Shown here piece after piece: positions 44,581 through 55,261 of a DNA stretch of 64,000 nucleotides. This DNA is from Naegleria gruberi (lineage: Eukaryota): NCBI GenBank assembly GCA_000004985.1, contig GG738846.1; one strand, given 5' to 3'. Made by a program: the position numbers and the translations under genes. A model generated the notes under the pieces. It saw nothing but the letters and a program-made list of their open reading frames with translations, did no database searches and was not told where the DNA came from. Position 1 is the first letter of the stretch. The number at the start of each line of letters is the position of its first letter.

Positions 44581-44815
44581 CTAATCTGTATTATCTGAAA
44601 GCATTAATGGTAGGTATTTTTTCAGTATTTCATTATCTGTCTCAAGATTATTCAAGAGATTGAGTACCAAAGAATGATTTTCCAAATTATCTAATCTTTC
44701 CTTGTTTAAAACTTCCAACATTACTAATCCAAATGAGTAGACATCACTTTGAGGAGATACTCTTCCGGTAATCTTTTGTCCTTTATATTCAAAATCTTTT
44801 TTTCTTTCAGGAGAT
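44581..44815 (-). pseudogene. Orphan protein-kinase C-lobe fragment covering only subdomains VIII-XI. It is a putative gene relic or pseudogene, or a mis-joined terminal exon.
   Basis: The minus strand reads (Y)RSPERKKDFEYKGQKITGRVSPQSDVYSFGLVMLEVLNKERLDN...LSDNTD*, which contains the APE-like SPE motif and the canonical DVYSFG(L/V)V subdomain IX motif. It is preceded by an AG acceptor, but there is an in-frame stop immediately upstream. No catalytic-core exons (VAIK, HRD, DFG) lie in the 250 bp before the next gene. Confidence 0.45.
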
Positions 44816-45106
44816 CTGTATCATATTGTAATTCGAAACATGATTAAACAAAATTCTATTGAACTTACCTCTAGAAAAAAAGTTACTACAGGAAAAGTTA
44901 GAATTATTAAATTGGTTTTGTTGGTTTTTATTTTGTTTCGTTATATATTTTGCAATTCACTCACTATTTGTGTAAACTCAGCTGCCATGGATCCCACATC
45001 CATTTTCGTATTCTATTAAATCATTAAATTCTTCCCAAACATCATCTGTTTCCACCGGAGTTGTTTTAAATTGTGTGGGGTTAATAATGGGAAAAAGTTA
45101 CAAAAA

Positions 45107-45922
45107 ATGTCGCACCAAATAACACAAGTACCATCATCAACCACAGAGTCCTCTTCGACATGGGAAGAAGACAATGATTCATTTTCGGAACAAGCTAAAC
45201 ATAAATATTTGGTAGATTCTAATGATGATAGTAACAATGTAATGATCAATGCTCATTACGATCACGATGATAAATATCAATGGAGTATTCCCGATGTTGA
45301 AGGTGGAGCCTATTTAAATACGTTAGAATCAAAACTTTACAAATTAACTAATGGAAGAGGTTTGGGAAGGAGTTTGAGAATGGGTACTGGTAGTAATAAT
45401 ACTACTAGTAATCAAAAATCAAAAAAGAAAATTGAATATAGTGATGGATGTAAGAAGTGCGTGGATTATTTCGAGGAGGAGATTGATTTAAATGTACCAA
45501 AGGAAGAGTTGATTGGAGCTGCTCCTCTATTAGAGGAATCCGAACTTTTGCATGATAACACAGAGGAATCGAATGAAGCTGTGGGTTTTGAAGATTTGCA
45601 AATCAAAGAACTTGAAGAGGAATCGTGGCATCAGGATTATTCAATTAATGAGGAAGAAAAACAAGTAATCTATGACAAGAAAACTGGAGAACTTAAATTG
45701 GATCAAGAGGAAAATACAGTGACTGGTGCTGAGACAGACAATATTTCCAAAATTGACATGTCAGATGATGATGAAAGTGAAAGTGAAGACGAGGACGATG
45801 ATGAACAAGATGAATATGGTACAATGGAATTGCATGATGATGAGGAAGAAAATCATTTTGAATCTTATCAAACTTCGAATGTGACAAATAATGACGATGA
45901 CTGGGAGGCCGAATTTCCATAA
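45107..45922 (+). CDS. Acidic Asp/Glu/Ser-rich hypothetical protein
   Basis: ATG at 45107 (MSHQITQVPS...). It contains long acidic runs (DDDESESEDEDDDEQDEYG). Confidence 0.5.
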   Translation: MSHQITQVPSSTTESSSTWEEDNDSFSEQAKHKYLVDSNDDSNNVMINAHYDHDDKYQWSIPDVEGGAYLNTLESKLYKLTNGRGLGRSLRMGTGSNNTTSNQKSKKKIEYSDGCKKCVDYFEEEIDLNVPKEELIGAAPLLEESELLHDNTEESNEAVGFEDLQIKELEEESWHQDYSINEEEKQVIYDKKTGELKLDQEENTVTGAETDNISKIDMSDDDESESEDEDDDEQDEYGTMELHDDEEENHFESYQTSNVTNNDDDWEAEFP

Positions 45923-46059
45923 AATGTATATGAACAGATGAAATGTAAATAAAAATGTAACTTTATCAAGTTGTGAGCGTCCACGAACAATTCGTTGATA
46001 AATATTATCACAACTATTATTTGGAATAGTACAATTTCAACCATTATTAAGATGAATGT

Positions 46060-48685
46060 TCAGTTTAGAACCTTATTTAAATCCAAGCATTTATGAAGAA
46101 GGTAAAGAGCTACTTTGTCCTCTTCATAATACTTCTCTTGATAGGAAGACTGATGGAACTGAAATAGATCAATTGCTTCATCAAGGTCTCCTTCAAAAAA
46201 TTTGGCACATGCTTGGTTGTGGTGTTCCCAAGAATCTTTGAGACCACTGCTTGACTGTCTCCATTCTTCAGAATCTTCCATAGAGGTAGTTTCTCCTACC
46301 TGATACAACCTCGTTGGAAAACTTACTCTATCTTGTTTTGGTGAAATAATTGGAGAATTACCTTCATCATCTGCAAGCAGCTTTTTTTCTCCCACAAATC
46401 TGAAATTGTAACTATCCTTATTCTTTTCAAAAATTGACTCTGAAACAATGAGAGAAATTTCCAATTTGCTTGCATGCTTAATCAACAGCTGTAAATTGTG
46501 TAAATAACTTCCAAATATTGCATAATTCTTAATTTGAGAAGTCCCAACGTTACCACAAACACAGTGTTGTGAAAGTAACGAGCCTCTAAATGTAAACTTT
46601 AAATTTTGAATATGCGAATTCTTCCACTTCTTATCTCGAGTTGCTTTTAACCTTCTCAATATTTGATAAACAGAAAAAGTTGCTGACTCTTCATGTGAAC
46701 TCGATTCAATGATAGAATTCCAAGTAATAGTTATGTAATTATTCTCAAAGCTTCCTATTTGCCCATTGGTGGCTTGCGCAGTTTTCTGTATGATAACAAA
46801 ACAGTCATTGAGAACAGAAACAGTCTCATCAAAATCAAGAGCTGACAAGAAGTGATCCAAACCTTCAAAATAAATCATACCACTTGTTACTCTTCTCTTT
46901 TCCAATCCTAGACAAAACAATCGTTCTAGTTTTGGAGTAGTAGCTGCTGCATCTCTTGTTATCACAGATATTTGACCATTTACACTTCCTGAGGTCGATG
47001 TCAAAGAGTGTTGTCTTTCCAAGATCATTCTTCCTATTGTTGACTTTCTTAAATTGACTTCCATATCTAGCTTTTGAAGAATATGTGGCGGAAGGAATGC
47101 TCTGTAATTTTTCAGCCTTGTCAACATGGTTTGGAAATGCTTTTGTAAAATGTTGACCTCTGCCAATGATGACGGCCTCATCTGGATGTCTTCAAGTCTC
47201 ATGTTTGAAATTGATTCGAATACTGTTGTCAATTGTTGAAATGGGCGGAAGAGAGAAATGCTCGACACGACCCCCATCACTGCACCCACAATGGCAATAA
47301 TCAAACTTGACAGAATACCAACAATCAAGGCAATAAATAACTGACCAACATAGTCCCATTTTGGAACATTTAGCACTAGCAGCCAATCCACTCCTGCCTT
47401 ACAAAACCTATTCATGCAAATAACACTGTCTTCATTTGTAAAAAACTGGTACTCTCCACATTTGAGAGATTTCAAGTTATTATTCATAGAAGTGTAGATT
47501 AATTTGGAAACAGATCGTATCTTGGGTTGTTCAAAAGTTAGGGCAGTCATTCTTGTCTCTGTTCTATCTTGATTGAATTTAGAAACTGGTATATCAGGAA
47601 AACTTGCTATTATTGTTACATTTGAGGATTTCATTATACCACTACTTACAAACAACAATATAATTCGTCTCTATTTCAATAGCAAAAGCTACAGAGCCGC
47701 TTATAGCTTCAGTGACTGATTCAATGTAATTTGAAATTGACGATACACTGATATCAATTCCAAAATACCAATCATATGGTAGTTTTGAGCTATTGTCAGG
47801 ATGTGAATTGACACAACTCATAAATGTTATAGAAGGTAACGTTGGGTCAGTGTAAGACCTCGAAAATTGAGGCTTATTGGGGGAATTATTTGCAACACCC
47901 ATGATTTTAGACATATCAAATGGTCCCAGTATGACATCAGGAACATCCTTATTCTTGTAGTCACAAAATCCCTTATTTAAAAAATCATCACAATACCAAT
48001 AATATTGTCCAGTCTCATTAATTAACATTTGAGTTGGTTTTCCTCCTAATACTAACACTCCCAAATTCCCTCCCAGAGTGTCTCTTGGAAAAGTTTCTTT
48101 TAAATTGAAATGTTTCTGAAAAACTTACCCAAAATAAACAGTCACCATTAAGGTTGATAAATACGTAAATGCACTCTTATAAATCCTATATGTCAAAGAG
48201 TAGGCATTCTCAGTATTGTTATAATTAAAATCCTCCCACATTATATTCTTTGTTGTATCTGAAACAACTAGAACCTTATCAATGGTTTCATCGGTGAAAT
48301 TTACAACTTTTTCAATTTGTTGCCTTAATACATCCTGACTAAATTTTGAAACACTCGAACTAAAACAAGAAATCCATATTGTAGTGAGTAATAGAGAAGT
48401 AACAATTACTAAAGAGACCATAATTACTATTAAAACACACTTGATGGAGTATACAGTCCTCGTCTCTCCATTTCCTCCCTCATAATTTCCACCACTATTA
48501 TTATTATTATTATTATTATTATTATCCTGAATATATATTGAGGAAACTTTTTCATCATTCCCAGTTTCATTCCTAGAGGAATAACTTGCTTGCTCTTCCG
48601 ATGTATTAAATTTAATGCTAGCAATGTTGGGCAGTGAATCACGGTCATCATACGCAAGAACCTTATTATTTCTCATGTAATACAT
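46060..48685 (-). CDS. Receptor-type class III nucleotidyl-cyclase homology protein (ACG-like topology). It has a cytoplasmic poly-N N-terminus and a first TM helix. A roughly 330-aa extracellular sensor-like domain follows, then a second TM helix and an intracellular cyclase homology domain with degenerate catalytic residues. Three exons: 48685-48129, 48083-47650 and 47606-46060.
   Basis: The introns are 45 and 43 nt (GTAAGT...AG) and preserve the frame. The TM helices are VLIVIMVSLVIVTSLLLTTIWI and LFIALIVGILSSLIIAIVGAVMGVV. The CHD blocks are VTSGMIYFEGLDHF (compare VTILFSDIVGFT), IGSFENNYITITWN (compare IGDAYM, second metal Asp replaced by Ser) and FRGSLLSQHCVCGNVGTSQIKNYAIFGSYLHNLQLL (compare RIGIHTGPVVAGVVG...YDIWGDTVN). 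Confidence 0.6.
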
Positions 48686-48950
48686 GTAATAATGGAGATA
48701 TTTGGAATGGTGTTTTTTTTATTCGTACGAGAGTTTGATTGCTCAAAGAGACCAACTTGAGCAGACTATATTTGGGAATTAGCACTTTCACTTTGCATGT
48801 TAATTTAAAGTACACTCTAAAACATTCTTCGCGAATTATATCTTTTTCTGATACCCAATGCCATTTATAATTGTTTTCAATTCAGCTACCCTATTTTCAA
48901 TTTTCCTTCTTGGTCGTATAAATGGAATCCCTTATATTTTGAAAGTTTGC

Positions 48951-50654
48951 TTATTTATTGTTTTTAGAGTCTCCCCCTATAAAATTCCTAAGCGTGCTAA
49001 TCCTTTGCATTAGCCTCTTGGCTTCTAAAAAATCGTCATCTTCATCACTCTCCTCTTCAAAAAGATCGAATTGTGGGGCTGTTTTTGTTATTTTTTCAAT
49101 TTTAGGTTCACTTGGTCGCAGAGATGGTTTGGACGTGTTGTGACTTCTATTCTTATTCTCTATTGAGGAGAAATAAGTTGAACTACTATTGTCACGAAGA
49201 AGTGAAGGCACTTTTTCTACTGCCTTCGTTGGTTTTGACATTTTTGGTTGAGAATCACCACGTAGTTTAGAATTGTTCAAGCTAGTTTGTGGCCTTGAAG
49301 ATAATGTTGTGGCTGGAGGCCTCTTCTCAATATTTGATTTCTCTTTCGGGAGAGTAACACCTTTTCTTTGAGCTAACAAGTCTCTGAATGAGGATGTTGA
49401 AGGTTGTTGTTGTACATTGTTACTTTGACTAGTTGTCACAGCAGGTTTCTTGTAACTTCCAACATTGGATATTGTAAATACAGAATCATTGATGAGTCCT
49501 AAATTTTTTTTCAATTGAGATTGAGCAGTGTTTGCAGAGTCTTTTTTGGAGAGAGACTTGCTCCTGTTTTCAGCATTTGATGAATTGAATCTCACCTTCT
49601 TAGCACTGGCAGATCGGTTTAGGATGGGGTTAGTTGCCTTAGTATCGATACTCTTATTGGTCTGAAGCATTGATTTTGAAAATTTCTTAGTTGAAGAGAA
49701 ATCTGCTGATGTTTGTAGTTTTTTGACATCGCTATTGTACACATTTTGGTTTTTTTCAACATCGTCCATTAGTCCGGCTAAACAAAACGCTCTGGAAGAA
49801 GTTTCCTTTGTTGCACCCTTCTTTTTAACAGAAGTGATTAATTTCCTCAGATCATCTGGTTTCATCACATTCTTGGACTGGGTTGGGCGATTTGGATCCT
49901 CTCGCTTAAGTCCAAGTCTATGGTTCTCGTTCCTTAATTTAATTCTCTCTTCTAATTGTTTTTTGAAAGACATGTCATGAGAATCATTTTCGTTATCAAT
50001 ATAAGAAGTTTGTTTCGGTATCAAGGTATCGAAATGATGCTCCAACGTTGGGCGTAAGTTGATAGAAGTTCTTATCGATGAAATATTGTTTGACTGTTGA
50101 GTTGATTTTGATGAAACCTGTTCATCCGGTTTTTGGGGGATTTTCCTCTTGAAATCGCTTAGCTTACTCACTGTTTGTTTACGCTTATCTACAGTTTTAG
50201 GATCAAGGGTCATCTTTTGCAAATTACTAATTTCCTCCAAAAAGTTTTCAGACTCTGCAATAAAAGAATCCTCCACTCTTGATGGCTTGTTAACATTTGA
50301 AAACAGTCTATCATATTCCAAGTTATTTGGGAAGGAATCATCATTACAATTGTAATTTTTAAATCTCGGAGAAGGAGGGGAAGGTTGTTGATTGTTTTGT
50401 TGCTTTTTTTCTCTCTTCTCCAAAAAGGCTTGAAATACATTATTTCTCTCTCTTCTGTCCACCCTCATTGTCTCCTCTTCGTATTCATGATGTAAATCAG
50501 AGTAGGGATCAGTGTTATCGTTTTGAAAATCGGAGGAAATGAGGTTTGATAAACGAAGATGAGAAGCAGCTGTTTTTCTTCTCGAAATGTTGTCTTCAAT
50601 CCTTAATATAGAGTTAAAGAGATCATTCTCATCATCCAAATCCTCGAGATTCAT
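48951..50654 (-). CDS. Ser/Asn/Lys-rich low-complexity hypothetical protein (567 aa)
   Basis: ATG-initiated ORF MNLEDLDDENDLFNSILRIEDN...; no recognisable domain. Confidence 0.5.
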   Translation of the reverse strand: MNLEDLDDENDLFNSILRIEDNISRRKTAASHLRLSNLISSDFQNDNTDPYSDLHHEYEEETMRVDRRERNNVFQAFLEKREKKQQNNQQPSPPSPRFKNYNCNDDSFPNNLEYDRLFSNVNKPSRVEDSFIAESENFLEEISNLQKMTLDPKTVDKRKQTVSKLSDFKRKIPQKPDEQVSSKSTQQSNNISSIRTSINLRPTLEHHFDTLIPKQTSYIDNENDSHDMSFKKQLEERIKLRNENHRLGLKREDPNRPTQSKNVMKPDDLRKLITSVKKKGATKETSSRAFCLAGLMDDVEKNQNVYNSDVKKLQTSADFSSTKKFSKSMLQTNKSIDTKATNPILNRSASAKKVRFNSSNAENRSKSLSKKDSANTAQSQLKKNLGLINDSVFTISNVGSYKKPAVTTSQSNNVQQQPSTSSFRDLLAQRKGVTLPKEKSNIEKRPPATTLSSRPQTSLNNSKLRGDSQPKMSKPTKAVEKVPSLLRDNSSSTYFSSIENKNRSHNTSKPSLRPSEPKIEKITKTAPQFDLFEEESDEDDDFLEAKRLMQRISTLRNFIGGDSKNNK

Positions 50655-50911
50655 AATTAAAAGCTTAGGAAGAAATTAATAATGATGAAGCTCCTGTTGT
50701 TGTGCTTTTATTTTTTTAATTATTAATGTAACGCTTGTAATGAGAAGGCGCCAAATCAAAGAGAAATAAACACCGTGGATTTCTCGTTATACTAATGTTT
50801 TATATTCTAGTTTTTGGATGAACATTTCAACCTAACAATTTTTTCTCTAAAGTTTTAGTTTTCAAAATTCTTAAATATTAGACAAACAGAGTTTTAGAGA
50901 TAATTGTGAGT

Positions 50912-52491
50912 TTATTGTTGATGTGAGGGTTTATATTTCATGCCACAAATGAATCCAATCCTAAATCCCTCAACGATCAAATTCAAATCATGAGTTGAAC
51001 GAACGGGCAGGCCATTAAAAATAGCAGCCATATCACTCTCAGCTTTGCAAATTTCTTGTAAGAGTACCAGAAACTCTGGTAAACTATTTGCACTGGTTAA
51101 TAGGTGACAGTTTTGGAGAATACTTCTTCCATCACCCAAGTGGAAATGTGGTTGATTTACAGTGGTGATATTATTATTGGTGATTGAGTTTGCAAATGTT
51201 ACATGTTGGGTTGGCCTCTGAGATGTTGAGGATAAGTATGCTCCTGTTTCATTATTTGATGAAGTATGATCGTTGGGAATTTGATTAAAATGTAAAAGGA
51301 TATTCTTAATGTAATTGACTTGGTCTGAACTAGTATCATTGATTAGGGAATTGAAGGTTTGTGAGCTAGATGATGATGGTTGATTTGGATTTGTTGTTGG
51401 ATTGAAACTGTACATTTGATTAATTTGACTTGGTTGGGAGTTTTTGAAAGGGGATGTTGCTTTTGAACCACTTGAATTTATCACTTCCTGCTTGACATCC
51501 TCATTTGGACCACCACTATCACTTGTTTCACTCTCCGAATTTGATCCTAGTTCAACATTTGCAGAGCTCATACCTTCACCAATTGGAATGATTCCCTTCT
51601 TAACTTGTTGTCTATATTTCTGGAGATGAGATTTGATATGTGTGGTGGTCAAATCAGGGAGATTCATCAATTCCAATATTTCCTTTGGTCTTGCCTCATT
51701 GAGTCCTAGCTGAGACACTGCTTTAACAAATAGATCATGCAATTCATTGGTCCAAACTAACCTCTTCTTATCGGCATGCTTTCGTTTAAAATCAGTTTCC
51801 ATGTGATAAAAGAGAGAACTCTCCATTGTGGCAGAACTTGATCCAACATTTCCCCTGGAAGACTCTGCTTGTTGTTTCCTCTTCTTATTACTGGAGAATC
51901 CTTGTTGTGGTGGATTATTCATGTTGTGAAATTGAAAGGAAGTTGTTGGAGGAGTGCTATTACTACTGCTTGCACATGTATTATTCACACTCACATTTCC
52001 ACTCGATTGAAACAAGAACATGTTGTTACTAATATTGTTGGCATTATTCAAATCCGTCATGTTAGATTGGTGTTGATAATTACTTCTACTACTATTGTTC
52101 CCGTTACTTCTTGCATTGTTAGATGGTGGATGGTGTTGTTCACCAAAGGTGAATTGTTGCTGTTGTTGATGATAGGGTTGTTGTTGTTGTTGTTGTTGGT
52201 GTTGAAAAGGGGAGGTGTGTGCAGGTGTTCTTTGAGGCATATCTTTTGTGAGTTAAATTGTGCGCCGAGTTAAATTAGATCAGGAAGAAGTTTAGTAATA
52301 TAAAATGCATGCAATAAAATGCCAAGTTGGTATTAATGTTGCAACACAGTAGGAAAGTTGACTTACCAAATTGAGAGAAGGAATTGTCTATAGTAGATTG
52401 AATGTGGTTTGGTTGAGGGGAAATGTAAGAGATGTTATTATTATTGTGATAATCAACCAGGAAGTTAATTAATTGGTTTGTGGTAAGGTCC

Positions 52492-52524
<33 letters not shown>

Positions 52525-52595
52525 CCTATTATTTTTGAGTAGTGAAATGGTGAGGATATGTTACTAGGGTTTTGTGGTTCGACCAATGATAACAT
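50912..52595 (-). CDS. Myb-like SHAQKYF-class (GARP-type) DNA-binding transcription factor with poly-Gln tracts. Two exons: 52595-52367 and 52242-50912.
   Basis: Exon 1 reads MLSLVEPQNPSNISSPFHYSKIIGQQQQQQQQQQQDL...SQF, ending at a GTAAGT donor. The phase-1 junction feeds into exon 2 as D MPQRTPAHTSPFQHQQQQQQQ.... The Myb/SANT block is KKRLVWTNELHDLFVKAVSQLGLNEARPKEILELMNLPDLTTTHIKSHLQKYRQQ. Confidence 0.75.
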
Positions 52596-52999
52596 GTTCT
52601 CTATGCCTAAATAAAACAAATAGATATTATACACGCACATCAATTAGTTAGATCACTTACACACATATCAGTTGAACTGCTTTTGTATTTAAACAGAAGG
52701 AGGGTAATTGATAATTCTGAAATTTCTCGACCAGATTGAATCAAAGTTAACCTGTTGGATTATGAAAGTATGTTGCAGATTCTTTTTTTTAAACATGGAT
52801 GTTTGTTGTGTGCCGTGTTGGTTAAGAATGAATTTAAGCTCAAATATTACCTGGAGAGAATATTAGTGTACTTAAAACGAAATTAGCAAACAATCTCTAA
52901 GAAATTTTTTCTGACCAAATTTGTACAAGTTACTGAGCATTTACGGTTGAGGAAGTTTTCATGTGTGGATACGAATACAAATAAAGATTTATTTGAGAT

Positions 53000-53520
53000 A
53001 TTCGTCGAAAGATTCAGTCGTATGCCGGCTACGTCACGCATGTACAAATGCCACTACTCCTCAGGTACATGGAAAGTTTGTATGTGATTTGGAATGGGAA
53101 TAGGGCTTCTTCTCAATCTCATCTCTTGAGCTCCATACGCCTTGGAGATGAGTTTGACAATTTCAAAATCAATTCTAGATGTATTTAGAATACATGCATG
53201 ATTCATGTACGGTCACATGCCAGTGATAATCATGTAGTGCTGATGTACGCAGTACCTCCTATGATTACCATTTGGTACATGCTGACATGTCCCATGTGAC
53301 CATCAATTTGTCTGTGTCTGAATTATTGTTGATTTTGGTGATGGCCCATTCCTCCTCTAGAAATATTCTTCCAATTTGGACCACATGTATTACTAATGAA
53401 GAAATTGTACAAGAATGATGACATATGTCTTTGTACCCTACCTAGACAGAACATGTGTTTACATGATCATGATGATCATCACCATGTATCGACATGTGTT
53501 TACATGATGTGTTGTAGTTT
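53000..53520. other. Compositionally distinct, GC-richer intergenic island dense in CATG/ACATGT/GTAC palindromes. It carries a 17-bp direct repeat and a short hairpin. It could be a regulatory cluster, an ncRNA or a degenerate mobile-element relic.
   Basis: acatgtgtttacatgat occurs twice (about 53452 and 53493). There is a hairpin tctcatctc-N22-gagatgaga near 53115-53155. An overlapping 136-aa His/Cys-rich ORF (53396-53806) is of doubtful reality. Confidence 0.3.
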
Positions 53521-54013
53521 GTCCTCCCATGATTTTTTAATCATCAAAAAATTAGGAGAAAAATTCCACCATAACAAAAATACACGAAGCCAATTTCAAC
53601 GTTGTTTTAAAACAACAATAAGAAGAGAATATTCTTCAACGTTACTTAAAACATTTTTTTGTTTGGTAGACAACAATGGAATGAACACGGGTCAATGGCA
53701 TCCATTCAATAACGCATTGTACAATTTTGTTAATAGCGAAAGATATCCAATTAAGCCAGATACAATCTTGTCAACAGATTATTTCTCTTCTTTAAATTAT
53801 TCATGAAATCGAATGTGTTGAATAGAATTCAAGGTGGTGTCATTGTATAGGGAAGAATTAATTCATCATTCAGAAAAGGAATGAAATAACTCTCATTCTT
53901 ACAAAAATTTCTGAATGTGAACATTATAATCAATCATTACAATCAAAGCGAAAACTTAAAAGTCTACCTGGCCACAGATCAACGACAAATATCATAACCA
54001 AAAAAAAATTGTC

Positions 54014-55205
54014 ATGTCCAGATTATTGCTTGGTGTGTTGCTTGTTGCCATCATCTTGACTTGTGTTGCTTGTCAAGAGCATGTTGAAAAAGAGGGATGG
54101 GATGGTGTTGGCTTTTTCCTAGGTGAGAAATCTGCATCTCAACTCCAAATGGTATGTCAATATTATTATTTCACATCACTAATTATTGTATTATATATAT
54201 TGAACTCTCTAGACAAAAAGAAGAAGTGAAATTCTTTCAATTTTGAACAAACCACCACAACCTTCCAACAAGATTACATCCACTAATCAATCCATTAGAG
54301 ATGTCATTGCTAATGCTCAACTTCCAACATCATCTACTATTAAATTCCCAAATAATAGATTCCCTTCATGCACAAAACAACATTGTAAAAAATTCTGTCG
54401 TCATGGTTTCCAAACTGATGCTCGTGGTTGTCCAATGTGTGCATGTAAACAACCTTGTCCAACTTATAGAGCTTGTAAAAGAAAATGTGAGTTTGGCTAT
54501 GTTCTCGATGCAAATGGTTGTAATAGTAAATGCCAATGCAAAGAAGCTCCAGCTCTTGTCAAACCTAAACCAATATGCCCACAATATTTGTGCAGACGTC
54601 ATTGTCAATTTGGATTCAAAATTAATGAAAAGGGTTGCAGAACTTGTTCCTGTAATGAAAAACCAATCAAACCTAAACCATTAAGTATTTGTCCACTTTA
54701 TAGATGTAGACGTCATTGTCAATTTGGATTCAAAATTAATGAAAAGGGTTGCAGAACTTGTTCCTGTAATGAAAAACCAATCAAACCATCAAGTATTTGC
54801 CCACTTTATGGATGTAGACGTTACTGTCCATATGGATTCAAGATTAATGAAAAGGGATGTACTACTTGTTCCTGTAATGAAACGCCAAATACCACAAAGC
54901 CATTCCCAATCAAACCAATATGCCCACAATATTTGTGTAGACGTCATTGTCAATTTGGATTCAAGATTAATGAAAAGGGTTGCAGAACTTGTTCCTGTAA
55001 TGAAAAGCCAAATACCACAAAGCCTTTCCCAATCAAACCAAACCCAATCAAGCCAGATTTTATTAGAAGATTCATCCAAAATCAAACCAAGCCACTCAAG
55101 TTAAACAATGGCCAAAAAATTGAGACATTGTTTACCAAACCAGCTGTGTTGAGAGCTGAATCTGCTCCAGTCAGAACTTTTCCAAGAAGAGGTGGTAGAA
55201 GATAA
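54014..55205 (+). CDS. Secreted tandem antistasin-like domain protein: a signal peptide plus about 7 six-Cys antistasin-type modules, putatively a serine-protease inhibitor. Two exons: 54014-54151 and 54213-55205.
   Basis: Exon 1 is MSRLLLGVLLVAIILTCVACQ...SQLQM with a GTATGT donor. A 61-nt intron ends at tctctag. The modules fit C-x4-C-x3-C-x-FG[FY]-x5-GC-x2-C-x-C, for example CPQYLCRRHCQFGFKINEKGCRTCSC repeated five times. Two N-terminal variants are CTKQHCKKFCRHGFQTDARGCPMCAC and CPTYRACKRKCEFGYVLDANGCNSKCQC. Confidence 0.75.
54570..55060 (+). repeat. Intragenic tandem duplications of roughly 120-nt antistasin-module units with near-identical nucleotide sequence
   Basis: atgcccacaatatttgtg[ct]agacgtcattgtcaatttggattcaa[ag]attaatgaaaagggttgcagaacttgttcctgtaatgaaaa recurs at about 54575, 54925 and, with variants, 54690 and 54805. 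Confidence 0.8.
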
Positions 55206-55261
55206 ATTGTTGATACAATAAAATATCTTTTGACATTGTTAAAGTTACAAAAATTTGTTGT

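Noticed and set aside
44880-45070. Possible upstream exons for the kinase fragment, including a 20-aa ATG ORF (MDVGSMAAEFTQIVSELQNI)
   Set aside because: There are no kinase motifs, and stops occur in every frame compatible with the phase of the acceptor. It is too short to be called.
48430-48657. 75-aa ORF with IIIIIIIIIV run antisense to the poly-Asn tract of the cyclase exon 1
   Set aside because: It is the antisense reading of an AAT/AAC repeat within a supported exon.
53396-53806. 136-aa His/Cys-rich ATG ORF (MKKLYKNDDICLCTLPRQNMCLHDHDDHHHV...) inside the CATG-rich island
   Set aside because: Its composition is driven by the CATG/ACATG palindromes (His and Met codons). No homology was recognised, so I kept it only as a remark under the island rather than as a gene.
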